From Candidatus Hydrogenedentota bacterium (lineage in GTDB: Bacteria > Hydrogenedentota > Hydrogenedentia > Hydrogenedentales > SLHB01): a DNA stretch of 19,171 nucleotides. The number at the start of each line of letters is the position of its first letter. Positions within the stretch are counted from its first letter, which is position 1. The notes under the pieces are model-generated. The model was not told the DNA's origin and did not search any database. It was given only the letters and a program-made list of their open reading frames with translations. The DNA is taken from assembly GCA_029974275.1 (NCBI GenBank), contig JARKSN010000085.1:1-19171 (forward strand), read 5' to 3'. The position numbers were made by a program, and so were the translations under genes. Below are positions 10,866 through 19,171 of this stretch, in pieces.

Positions 10866-11378
10866 TCAGGTCAGCGGGATTTCCTGACGTAGTTGATCGA
10901 CCCACTGCTTGATACGGGACTCGGCCAGGTCCCGTTGCCGGTCCATATCAAGCGCCAGACCGACGAATTTTCCGTCGATCACCGCAGTGGTGCCTTGATA
11001 TGAATAGCCCTCCGTCGGCCACAGTCCTACCACGCGTCCGCCCTTTTCAATCACCTTGTCATACAAGGTCCGCATGGCGTTCAGAAACGAATCCGTATAA
11101 CTCAGTTGATCGCCCAACCCGAAGATCGCCACCGACTTGCCCGTCAGATCAACATCGTCCAACTCCCAGATGAAATCCGCCCAATGCTCCTGGAGCGCGC
11201 CGAAACCATAGGTCGGCGTTCCGAAAATAAGGATGTCGTAAGCGTTCAAATCTTCCGGACTCGTGTTTTCTACATCCTTGAGTTCCACATTCGCGCCGCC
11301 CAAGGCCTCCTGAATCATCTGGGCCACTTTGCGGGTGTTGCCGTATGTGCTTCCATAAAAAACGCCGATTCGTCCCAT
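10866..11378 (-). CDS. fldA: Long-chain flavodoxin
   Basis: FYGSTYGNT FMN loop, GTPTYGFG, FGLGDQ and WPTEGY...FVGLALD. SD AAGGAG supports the start at 11378. Confidence 0.9.
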   Translation of the reverse strand: MGRIGVFYGSTYGNTRKVAQMIQEALGGANVELKDVENTSPEDLNAYDILIFGTPTYGFGALQEHWADFIWELDDVDLTGKSVAIFGLGDQLSYTDSFLNAMRTLYDKVIEKGGRVVGLWPTEGYSYQGTTAVIDGKFVGLALDMDRQRDLAESRIKQWVDQLRQEIPLT

Positions 11379-11681
11379 GGGAACGCGCTCCTTCAACGTT
11401 CAGCCTGCCCGCGTCACGCTTCCTGGCGCGGATAGGCTCGAGTGAAAGTGGTCTCGTCCGCTCCCGCCGGACGGGAAAGGCTCCCCGTCTCTCGGCTGCA
11501 CGCGAGCGAACAAATGCAAACGCGTATTTTGCATCGAATTGCAGAGCGATTTCCACTTCTCGCCCGACACTTCTCGCCCGGCCGCAAGGGCCGGGCGATT
11601 CGAGAGGGGGAAGCGGGAACAGGATGACCCGTTTTCTTGCCGTGCCTTGGCGAACGCGGCAAAAAAACCGGAACAACGGCG

Positions 11682-12818
11682 TTATTGGGGCAAGGGAAGG
11701 AATTTTTTCAGAAACGCGCTCGAGAAATGCATGACCCGCGCATTGATGTCCGCTTGAGCGTCCATCACGTGGGGCCAGCCGCCGAGACGATCCATGAAAC
11801 ACGGCACGTTCAATTCCTTCAACTTGGCGACGAGCGCGTCCGATTCGCTGACAGGCACCAGCGAATCCACCGTGCCATGGAAAATCAACGTCGGCGGCGC
11901 CTCCTCCGTAAGGTACGAAAGCGGGGAGGCCTTGGCATACAGCGCGGCGTCTTCGGAATACTTTTTCCCAAGGAATCCTTCGACAATGCCGTTGCCCTGC
12001 GCATACGGCGCCGTGAGGTCGACCGGGCCGTAGAAATCGATGCACGCGTGGACTTTGCTGCTAACGCCCTCGTTGCCGCCCTCGGCGTCGAACTCAGGGA
12101 CATTCACGGCATAGGCGGTCATGAGCGCCAGATGAGCGCCCGCTGACCAGCCAACGACGCCGATCGCGTCCGGATTCACCGAATATTTCTCGGCGTTGGC
12201 CCGTAACCACCGGACCGCGCACTTGACGTCCTGCACTTGTCCGGGAAAGCGTTCAGGAGCTTCCGTACGGTACTCGACGGAAGCCACGACGTACCCCTTC
12301 TGCGCGAATGGCAACGCATAGTAGCGAATGTCTTTCTTCGAGCCTCCCGTCCAACCGCCGCCGTGAATGCACACCAGCGCCGGCGTCGGCTGGGTCAAGC
12401 CGGCGGGCAAAAAGAGATCGAGCTTGAGCGGAACGTCGCCGACCTTCCCGTACTCAATGTCCTCCTGCAGGGTGACGCCCTGCGGCAGCCCCGCGGGAGG
12501 ACGGATGAGCTTGACCTGCTGTGTCATCACCGCCTCTTCCACGGCCTTGGTGGAAGGATAGCCCCGCGGCGCCGCCGGAGCATTGGCGACATCCAAATCG
12601 AGGTTGCCGTCCGTTGTCGTCGGATCCACAGGGAGGGATGCCGCGTCCTGCGGCTGAGACGTCGAAAGCGGCGGAGTGGGGGAAGGGGCCGCCGAAGTCG
12701 CGGCAGGAGACGTAGGACTAGGTGAGCCAGGGGCCTTTTGGGTGCATCCCGTGACAAACAGAACGCCCGCCGCCGCCATAACCGAAAGGAAGACTCGAAA
12801 AGATGCGCCCTGCGCCAT
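11682..12818 (-). CDS. Alpha/beta hydrolase (HSL-like esterase), probable lipoprotein
   Basis: HGGGW oxyanion motif, GWSAG nucleophile, HGTVD and a C-terminal His. Signal peptide ends in VTG-C, followed by a Pro/Ser/Thr-rich linker. SD AAGGAG supports ATG 12818. Confidence 0.88.
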   Translation of the reverse strand: MAQGASFRVFLSVMAAAGVLFVTGCTQKAPGSPSPTSPAATSAAPSPTPPLSTSQPQDAASLPVDPTTTDGNLDLDVANAPAAPRGYPSTKAVEEAVMTQQVKLIRPPAGLPQGVTLQEDIEYGKVGDVPLKLDLFLPAGLTQPTPALVCIHGGGWTGGSKKDIRYYALPFAQKGYVVASVEYRTEAPERFPGQVQDVKCAVRWLRANAEKYSVNPDAIGVVGWSAGAHLALMTAYAVNVPEFDAEGGNEGVSSKVHACIDFYGPVDLTAPYAQGNGIVEGFLGKKYSEDAALYAKASPLSYLTEEAPPTLIFHGTVDSLVPVSESDALVAKLKELNVPCFMDRLGGWPHVMDAQADINARVMHFSSAFLKKFLPLPQ

Positions 12819-13210
12819 GCGGTAACTCCTTATGGTTTCTATCCCTGCATACGGGATGCCCTGCCATGCGGGAGTGAGACTACTCAAAGATGCCTTGGGT
12901 TTCAACAGACGGATGCACGCGGATTGTTTTCTTGAAAACGCCTTTGCATTGAGACGGCAAGCCCTCGAGTCTCCTGCATTCCCTGCACGACGGCGGCGCA
13001 TTCCGCCGAACGCGTGCCTGTGATCCATCGTCACGCCCAAACCGCCCAAGCGCCTTGCGGCGAGGAATGGGCGATAGGCAGGCCGAAAGCAAATGCGCTA
13101 GAATGCGCCGCGGTTCGTGCATGCGACGACAAGCGATTGCTTCCGTCGACGGCGACGATCGCGATATCCAATCCGACGCGCGGGCGCGTCGGCAGACATA
13201 GGAGCGCGCC

Positions 13211-13918
13211 ATGCGATTGCACTATTTGCAACACGTGCCTTTTGAAGACCTCGCAGCGATGCGTCGATGGGCGATTGGCAAGGGATTCACGATAACCAGC
13301 ACCTTGCTGTACGAGGAACAGCCGCTTCCCGAAGCATCGGAAATCGATTGGCTGGTCATTTTGGGCGGGCCGATGAACATTTATGAGGAATCGTCGCACC
13401 CGTGGCTCGCGCGTGAAAAAACGTTCATCGCGCGCTGCATCGAAAAGCGGCGCGTATTGGTGGGGTCGTGCCTGGGCGGACAACTTATCGCCGACGCGCT
13501 TGGGGGGGGCGTTCGTCGCAACGAACACAAAGAGATAGGCTGGTTTCCGGTCAGGCTGACAGAGCAAGGCGCGAAATCGCCCGTATTCGCAGGGTTTCCG
13601 AGGGAATTCCCCGCATTTCACTGGCACGGGGACACGTTTGCAGTGCCGCCGGGCGCAACCCATGCCGCATGCAGCGCAGGGTGTGAACACCAGGCCTTTG
13701 TCTACGAGGGTCGCGTATTGGGGCTGCAGTTTCACTTCGAATACGAACGGGCGAGCATCGAAGACATGCTCGTGCATTGCGAAGACGAACTAGACGGCGG
13801 CCCATATTGCCAGTCGCCGGCGGAAATGCGGGCGGGAATGGCCCATGTGGAAACGACGCATGCCCATTTGTTTCGGATGCTGGACAATCTGCACGCCGCA
13901 ACCGCCGGCGCCGTGTAA
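13211..13918 (+). CDS. Class I glutamine amidotransferase-like protein (GMP-synthase GATase-like)
   Basis: QHVPFE, LGGPM, GSCLGGQ (catalytic Cys), EIGW, FHWHGD and LQFHFE (His-x-Glu). SD AGGAG. Confidence 0.9.
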   Translation: MRLHYLQHVPFEDLAAMRRWAIGKGFTITSTLLYEEQPLPEASEIDWLVILGGPMNIYEESSHPWLAREKTFIARCIEKRRVLVGSCLGGQLIADALGGGVRRNEHKEIGWFPVRLTEQGAKSPVFAGFPREFPAFHWHGDTFAVPPGATHAACSAGCEHQAFVYEGRVLGLQFHFEYERASIEDMLVHCEDELDGGPYCQSPAEMRAGMAHVETTHAHLFRMLDNLHAATAGAV

Positions 13919-13934
13919 GTGGAGCGCGCGACGC

Positions 13935-16181
13935 TTACGGCGCGAAACGCCGGAGCCGCAGCGAGTTTGCGATGACATTGATCGAACTGAGCGCCATCGC
14001 CGCCTCGGCGACCAGCGGATGGAGCAGGCCCGCCATCGCCAAGGGCACGGCAATGAGGTTGTATCCGAAGGCCCAAAAAAGATTCTGCCGGATCGTGCGC
14101 AACAAGGCGCGGGAAAGGCGCACGGCGTCAACCAAGGCGTCGAGCCGCCCGCTGACAAGGGTGATCCCCGATGACTCGATGGCGATATCCGCGCCGGCGC
14201 CAATGGCGATGCCGGCGTCCGCTTGAGCAAGAGCCGCCGCATCGTTGATGCCGTCTCCAACCATCGCCGCCAGTCCAAACTCCTGCTGCAAACGCGCCAC
14301 GGCTTCGCGCTTTTGATCGGGCAGTACGTCGGCCATCACGCGCGCAATGCCAGCCTCCTGCGCAATGACCTGGGCCGTGCGCGCATTGTCGCCGGTCAAC
14401 ATCACAACCTCGATCCCCATCGATTGCAACGCAGCCACGGCGTCGCGCGCCGTCTCCTTGAGCGGGTCCGCCACGATAAACGCCGCTACGACCTGCCGAT
14501 CGATGGCGAGCGTCACGAAAGTTCTGCCCGCGTGCGCGTGAAACTCCAGCGCAGACGCCGCCGCGCTGACGTCGATGTCCAATCCCGCGAGATATTCCAA
14601 CTTCCCCACATGAGTCGCATGGCCTTGAACGACGGCCGAAGCGCCCTTGCCGGGAACCGCCTGAAAATGATCCGCGCCAACGGGGAGAATTCCCTCGTGC
14701 GCGGCGTATGCGACAATGGCGCGCGCGAGCGGATGCTCGGACAACGCCTCAACGGACGCGGCGCACCGAAGCAACGCTGCCCGGGGGGGGGCCGCGAAGA
14801 ACACGACGTCTATCACCGTCGGCGTGCCGCAGGTCAAGGTGCCGGTCTTGTCGAGACACGCCACGCGAACGCCGCTGAGCGCCTGCGCCGCCTGGCCATT
14901 GCGGAAGAGAATGCCGCGCGCCGCGCCTGCCGCGGCGCCCGCCATCAACGCGGTCGGCGTGGCCAGCCCCATCGCGCATGGACACGCAATCACGAGCACG
15001 GCGACTGCCGCGAACACCGCCCGCGTCAACGGCGACGTCTCCTGTGGAATGCCCCATGGCAGATACGCGGCAACGTTTACGCTGAACGCGCTCAACGGGC
15101 CGGGAAAGATCATCCACGCCGCAAAAGTCAGTAGCGCGATCGCAAGAATCGCAGGCACAAACGCGCCGGTTACGCGATCGGCGAGTTCTTGGATAGGAAC
15201 CTTCGTGCCTTGCGTTTCTCGAACTATGCGCGCCACCTGCGCCAGAAACGTGTCCTTGCCGACGCGGGTGGCGCGTATCGTAATCGCGCCGGTCGTGTTG
15301 AGAGTCGCGCCGATGACGCTGTCGCCGACAGACTTTTCGACGGGGATAGGCTCGCCCGTCGCCATCGACTCGTCCACGGCGCTCTGTCCGCTCATGACCA
15401 TGCCATCTGTCGGAATCTTTTCGCCCGGACGCACGACGATAAGGTCATCGACAACGACCTCGTCGATCGGCACATCCTGTTCCCTGTCGTCGCGCATCAC
15501 GCGCGCCGTCTTCACGCCGAGTTCAAGCAACCGTCGCATGGCCTGCGAGGCGCGCCCCCGGGCCCCTGCTTCCAGGCAACGTCCCGTGAGATGAAACGCC
15601 ATGATCATCGCGGCAACAGCAGCGTAGTTGTCTACCTGCACGCCAAGAAGGCGCATCGGTCCTGTCAGAAACGCAGCGCCGGATCCCAACGACACCAACG
15701 CGTCCATCGTCGGGCGCAGCGCCATCGCGCTCCTGACGCCTTGGCGGAATGTATGCGCGCCCGCGACGGCAAGAACCGGCAAGGCGAGCAACGTTTCAAC
15801 AAGGTCCATGCGGGGAAGATGGACGATGTGAAGCATATGAACGATCATGAGGATGGCGACAGGGCCTGTCAGCGCCCAAGCCGTCGTCGCCCTGCGCCGC
15901 GCCGCGCGGTATGCCCGCACGGACTCATCGTCTTTCTCCGAGAGCCTCAGGGGATCGGACACATCCCGCGCTCCATACCCCGCACGCGTGACGGACTCGA
16001 TCAAGGCAGACGGCGAACACAAGTCCGGGTTATGCGACACAGTCGCCTCATGGGTTGCAAGATTGACGGTCGCTTCATGCACCCCCGGCGTCTTGAGCAG
16101 TGCGGCCTCGACCGTTCGTACGCACCCCGCGCATGACATCCCGGAAATGGCAAGCGTGACTTTCGCGAGGTTCTTTTTCAT
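13935..16181 (-). CDS. copA: Cu(I)-type heavy-metal P1B ATPase
   Basis: One HMA domain (GMSCAGC), TGEP, CPCAM, DKTGT, SEHP, GDGIND, plus YN and MALSS transmembrane motifs of the P1B-1 subclass. Confidence 0.9.
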   Translation of the reverse strand: MKKNLAKVTLAISGMSCAGCVRTVEAALLKTPGVHEATVNLATHEATVSHNPDLCSPSALIESVTRAGYGARDVSDPLRLSEKDDESVRAYRAARRRATTAWALTGPVAILMIVHMLHIVHLPRMDLVETLLALPVLAVAGAHTFRQGVRSAMALRPTMDALVSLGSGAAFLTGPMRLLGVQVDNYAAVAAMIMAFHLTGRCLEAGARGRASQAMRRLLELGVKTARVMRDDREQDVPIDEVVVDDLIVVRPGEKIPTDGMVMSGQSAVDESMATGEPIPVEKSVGDSVIGATLNTTGAITIRATRVGKDTFLAQVARIVRETQGTKVPIQELADRVTGAFVPAILAIALLTFAAWMIFPGPLSAFSVNVAAYLPWGIPQETSPLTRAVFAAVAVLVIACPCAMGLATPTALMAGAAAGAARGILFRNGQAAQALSGVRVACLDKTGTLTCGTPTVIDVVFFAAPPRAALLRCAASVEALSEHPLARAIVAYAAHEGILPVGADHFQAVPGKGASAVVQGHATHVGKLEYLAGLDIDVSAAASALEFHAHAGRTFVTLAIDRQVVAAFIVADPLKETARDAVAALQSMGIEVVMLTGDNARTAQVIAQEAGIARVMADVLPDQKREAVARLQQEFGLAAMVGDGINDAAALAQADAGIAIGAGADIAIESSGITLVSGRLDALVDAVRLSRALLRTIRQNLFWAFGYNLIAVPLAMAGLLHPLVAEAAMALSSINVIANSLRLRRFAP

Positions 16182-16187
16182 GCCACA

Positions 16188-16216
16188 AGCGTAGCTTTGT
16201 CGCGGATCCTTCGCAA
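16188..16216 (-). promoter_or_regulatory. Putative sigma70 promoter for a leaderless copA transcript
   Basis: TTGCGA-17 bp-TACGCT-6 nt-ATG, with no SD sequence. Confidence 0.55.
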
Positions 16217-16431
16217 CTCTTTGAAGGAAAGCGATGAAGCGCGGCGATTTTCCGGCAGCATGCGCGATTAGTCGGAGGAACGCACGCCCTTCGGCATGCG
16301 CGACGCCCCTGCATGCGTTCAGCGGGCGGAAACCAATTGCTCAGTCTCCGCCCGCTTTGAGGCGAAATCGGCGCTATGCGCCGAGTGCGTCCGGCCGCCG
16401 CATGCGCGCGACAACCGGCCTATGGATTCTA

Positions 16432-19170
16432 CTACTGAACGGACTGCGCGATGCGGAATCCCTCGTTGAAGCCTGTATGCGCGGGGATTTCCCACCCGCG
16501 GTAATCCGTCCGGCAGTGGCCCGCAATAAAGCTCCACCCGCCGCCGCGCAATACGAAGAAGCCGCCGCTCACCGCGCCTTGCGGATCAACTTGACTATCG
16601 CTGGAATAATCGCCCTTCCAATCCTGGCACCACTCCCACACATTGCCGCTCATGTCATAACATCCCACGGGGCTCTTGCTGTCCACCGTGCCCGGGCGGC
16701 CATTGAAATAGCCCACCGGCGAGGTGTACGGCTTGGTCGTCAATCCCACCGGATTGCAATACTGGCCGCCATAGAAGTCGTTATAGTTGCTGCACGAAAA
16801 ATCCAACACGTCGCTGGAAGTCCCATAGACCCAGTGCTTGCCGCGCGATCCATCGGGCAACGTCGAACTCTCCGCATAACGCGTGTCCCACGCCGCCGCG
16901 CGCTCCCACTCCGCCTCCGTGGGCAATCGATAACCGTTGCCGGCAGGCTGGACACGCTGCCACGTGCTGAGGTTGTAGCAAGGCGTCAGGCCCTTTGCTT
17001 CACTCAGCCAGTTGCAGTACGCCACCGCGCCGTACCACGACACTTCGACCATGGGATGATTGGCCATGGACATTCCGTTGCGCGATTTGACCACGAACTG
17101 TCCACCGGAGTAGGACACTTGACAATCGGAGTCGCTGAGTTGCACCAACGACTTTGTCTCGGCGGTCGCGTCTTTGAAAAAGACGTCGCCGCCGTTGTAG
17201 GCCGTGCCGTCTTTCTTGCACAACTTGCCTTGTGACAGAGCCCGATTCAGCATCTGCACGTATTCGCCCGTAGTCACCTCAAACTTGCCGATGCGGTACG
17301 GCGAAAGCTGGACAAAGTGCCGCGGATATCCATTGAACTGACCATCCAGCGATATCTGACTGCCCACCTTGGAAGGATCAAGCGCGACCTTGGCATATGC
17401 CATGACCGCCGCTTCCTTGGTCGACCAGATAAGGTCCTGAAACGCCGTGTCGCCAATGAGCCCGTTCCATTCCGCTTGGTTCGTGAAACCGTCGCCATCG
17501 GCATCGGCGTGAATGCCGAGAACGGAGGACATCGTCAGGTTGTATGGCAATCCGTTCACGGTGCGCGTGGTGAAATCGTACTTCGCCGAGGGAATCAGGC
17601 TCATGTTGAATCCCACGTCATACGCTCCCAGCCAATACGTTACGAAATCGCGGCTGTCGCCAATGGTCGCATACGCGGCCATGCACGACACCGTCATGTA
17701 CGGGAAGAAAATCCCGCCGGACGATCCCGTCCCCCATGCATCTATATAGGATTTTCCGGGCCAGCTGGGCGTCGCCGCCAAGGTCTGGATATTGGTGAAA
17801 TTGCGATTCCAAGCCGCCACGGCCGTCGCATAGTGCGGCGCGTCCGAGTGGCTGAGAATATAATCGAGCATGCCGACCTCCGCCAGATCAAGCACGCCAT
17901 TTCCCTTCGTGCTTGGCTGGCCATAGCTGGGATAAGCGCCGGAGTTGGTTCCGTTTTTGTCGCCTCCTCCGTATCCCTGGGCATTCAACTGCAACATGAG
18001 ATCGAGTGCGGCGCTCGACGGAGGCGCGGGCGCATTGCCCGGAGCTCCCATCTCAAACCAACCCGCAGGCACATACACCAATGACGGGTCTGCCGGTATG
18101 AACGTCGCCGTGACGTCCGCATTCCCCGTCACCACCAGCGTGGCGGGATTTGCCGTTCCTGTGAGCGCGCCGGACCAGTGGTCGAATGCCCATCCTGACG
18201 AAGGCACAGGCGTTAACGTCACCGACGTATTGGGCGCGTAAGGAGGTTCGATGCTTTTCTGTACAGTGCCCTGACCGACAATGTTGACAGTCAGACTGTA
18301 CTGGTTCTGCTCAAACGTCGCGACAACGGTTGTTGTCTGCCCGAGCGTTACGCTGATCGGATTCGTCGTGCCGCCTATGGCGCCCGACCAGCCCTGGAAC
18401 GTCCAGCCCGAGGCCGGCGTCGCCGTCAACGTCACCACGTCGCCCACGTAGTACGGCGCCGCCTTGTCCACGCCGATCGTTCCCTGACCCGACGTCGTCA
18501 ACGTCAACGTCGCGCCCACGCGCACAAACGTCGCCGTCACGCTCTTGTTCGCGTCCAGCGTCAGCGAAACCGGATTCGTCGATCCGCTCAGATCGCCCGA
18601 CCAGCCCTGGAACGTCCAACCCGAGGCCGGCGTCGCCGTCAACGTCACCACGTCGCCCACGTAGTACGGAGCCGCCTTGTCCACGCCGATCGTTCCCTGA
18701 CCCGACGTCGTCAACGTCAACGTCGCGCTCACGCGCACAAACGTCGCGCTCACGCTCTTGTTCGCGTCCAGCGTCAGCGAAGCCGGATTCGCCGATCCGC
18801 TCAGATCGCCCGACCAGCCCTGGAACTCCCAACCCGACGCCGGCGTCGCCGTCAACGTCACCACGTCGCCCGTCGAATACGGTCCCGCCGGATTCGCCGT
18901 CACGGAACCCTGGCCCACGGCGTTCGTCGTCAACGTTACCGGCTCCGCGCCTGTTCCCGTCAACGTCACTTTGTACGACGTCGTGTTCTTCGCGTTGCTG
19001 TTGATCGCCAGCACCGCCGTGCGCGGACCTAAATCCGACGGGTCAAACGTCAGCTCGATCGCCGCGCTCGCGCCAGGAGCCAGCCCGCCCGACGGTATCC
19101 CGTTGCTCACGATCGCAAAATCGCTCACGTTCAGGCCGCTCAGCTTCACCCCTGCCGTCGTCAACACCAA
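16432..19170 (-). CDS. 5'-truncated large surface protein: choice-of-anchor-D/ASH-like Ig domain, four InlB-B-like repeats, FGE-sulfatase/SUMF1 domain with an internal insert
   Basis: Repeats VTLTATPASGW.F.GWSG...V.ATF; FGE motifs VPAGWFEMG, P.H.V.L, EVT, HPMVEVSW, YRLPTEAEWE.AA, YDMSGNVWEWCQD, RGGGW and GFR. The frame is open at the window edge. Confidence 0.88.
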   Translation of the reverse strand: MVLTTAGVKLSGLNVSDFAIVSNGIPSGGLAPGASAAIELTFDPSDLGPRTAVLAINSNAKNTTSYKVTLTGTGAEPVTLTTNAVGQGSVTANPAGPYSTGDVVTLTATPASGWEFQGWSGDLSGSANPASLTLDANKSVSATFVRVSATLTLTTSGQGTIGVDKAAPYYVGDVVTLTATPASGWTFQGWSGDLSGSTNPVSLTLDANKSVTATFVRVGATLTLTTSGQGTIGVDKAAPYYVGDVVTLTATPASGWTFQGWSGAIGGTTNPISVTLGQTTTVVATFEQNQYSLTVNIVGQGTVQKSIEPPYAPNTSVTLTPVPSSGWAFDHWSGALTGTANPATLVVTGNADVTATFIPADPSLVYVPAGWFEMGAPGNAPAPPSSAALDLMLQLNAQGYGGGDKNGTNSGAYPSYGQPSTKGNGVLDLAEVGMLDYILSHSDAPHYATAVAAWNRNFTNIQTLAATPSWPGKSYIDAWGTGSSGGIFFPYMTVSCMAAYATIGDSRDFVTYWLGAYDVGFNMSLIPSAKYDFTTRTVNGLPYNLTMSSVLGIHADADGDGFTNQAEWNGLIGDTAFQDLIWSTKEAAVMAYAKVALDPSKVGSQISLDGQFNGYPRHFVQLSPYRIGKFEVTTGEYVQMLNRALSQGKLCKKDGTAYNGGDVFFKDATAETKSLVQLSDSDCQVSYSGGQFVVKSRNGMSMANHPMVEVSWYGAVAYCNWLSEAKGLTPCYNLSTWQRVQPAGNGYRLPTEAEWERAAAWDTRYAESSTLPDGSRGKHWVYGTSSDVLDFSCSNYNDFYGGQYCNPVGLTTKPYTSPVGYFNGRPGTVDSKSPVGCYDMSGNVWEWCQDWKGDYSSDSQVDPQGAVSGGFFVLRGGGWSFIAGHCRTDYRGWEIPAHTGFNEGFRIAQSVQ
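18381..18871. repeat. Near-identical 213-bp tandem repeat (about 2.3 copies, 71 aa per unit)
   Basis: CGCCCGACCAGCCCTGGAAC occurs at 18381, 18594 and 18807, a period of 213. Confidence 0.92.
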
Positions 19171-19171
19171 C

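Noticed and set aside
12819..13049. N-terminal extensions in the ORF track (esterase to 13049, spermidine-synthase-like gene to 6747, panE to 6701, flavodoxin to 11396)
   Set aside because: Downstream starts fit better with SD or promoter signals and with domain or signal-peptide boundaries.
18381..18871. CRISPR array
   Set aside because: The repeats are contiguous, in-frame 213-bp coding units without unique spacers, and no cas genes are present.
16432..19171. Complete diversity-generating retroelement, or a catalytic formylglycine-generating enzyme
   Set aside because: No reverse transcriptase, Avd or template repeat seen in the window, and the FGE catalytic cysteine pair is absent.

Overview
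GC-rich bacterial chromosomal window, possibly Candidatus Hydrogenedentes; that taxon is inferred from protein style only. From the left: the probable end of an integrated element (a 5'-truncated recombinase-associated ORF, its terminator and paired 28-bp inverted sites) next to the 3' end of an intact minus-strand tmRNA (681-1038, tag ANTEMALAA). A divergent groEL has a perfect CIRCE, no adjacent groES and a (GGM)9 tail. An orphan flgM has a near-consensus sigma-28 promoter. Then come mixed core genes: a membrane-fused spermidine-synthase-like protein, a PanE-type reductase, DUF1015, a prepilin-type/DUF1559-like protein, a stand-alone PTS EIIA, a long-chain flavodoxin, a lipoprotein esterase, a class I glutamine amidotransferase and a CopA-type P1B ATPase. 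The last gene is a 5'-truncated modular surface protein with an Ig-like domain, four InlB-B-like repeats and an FGE/SUMF1 C-lectin-fold domain. It is the most unusual gene here: its FGE domain appears split by a ~225-aa insert, and its repeat part shows recent 213-bp duplication with an abrupt codon-usage junction. I found no complete novel multi-gene system (no DGR, CRISPR or defence island); the findings are leads.
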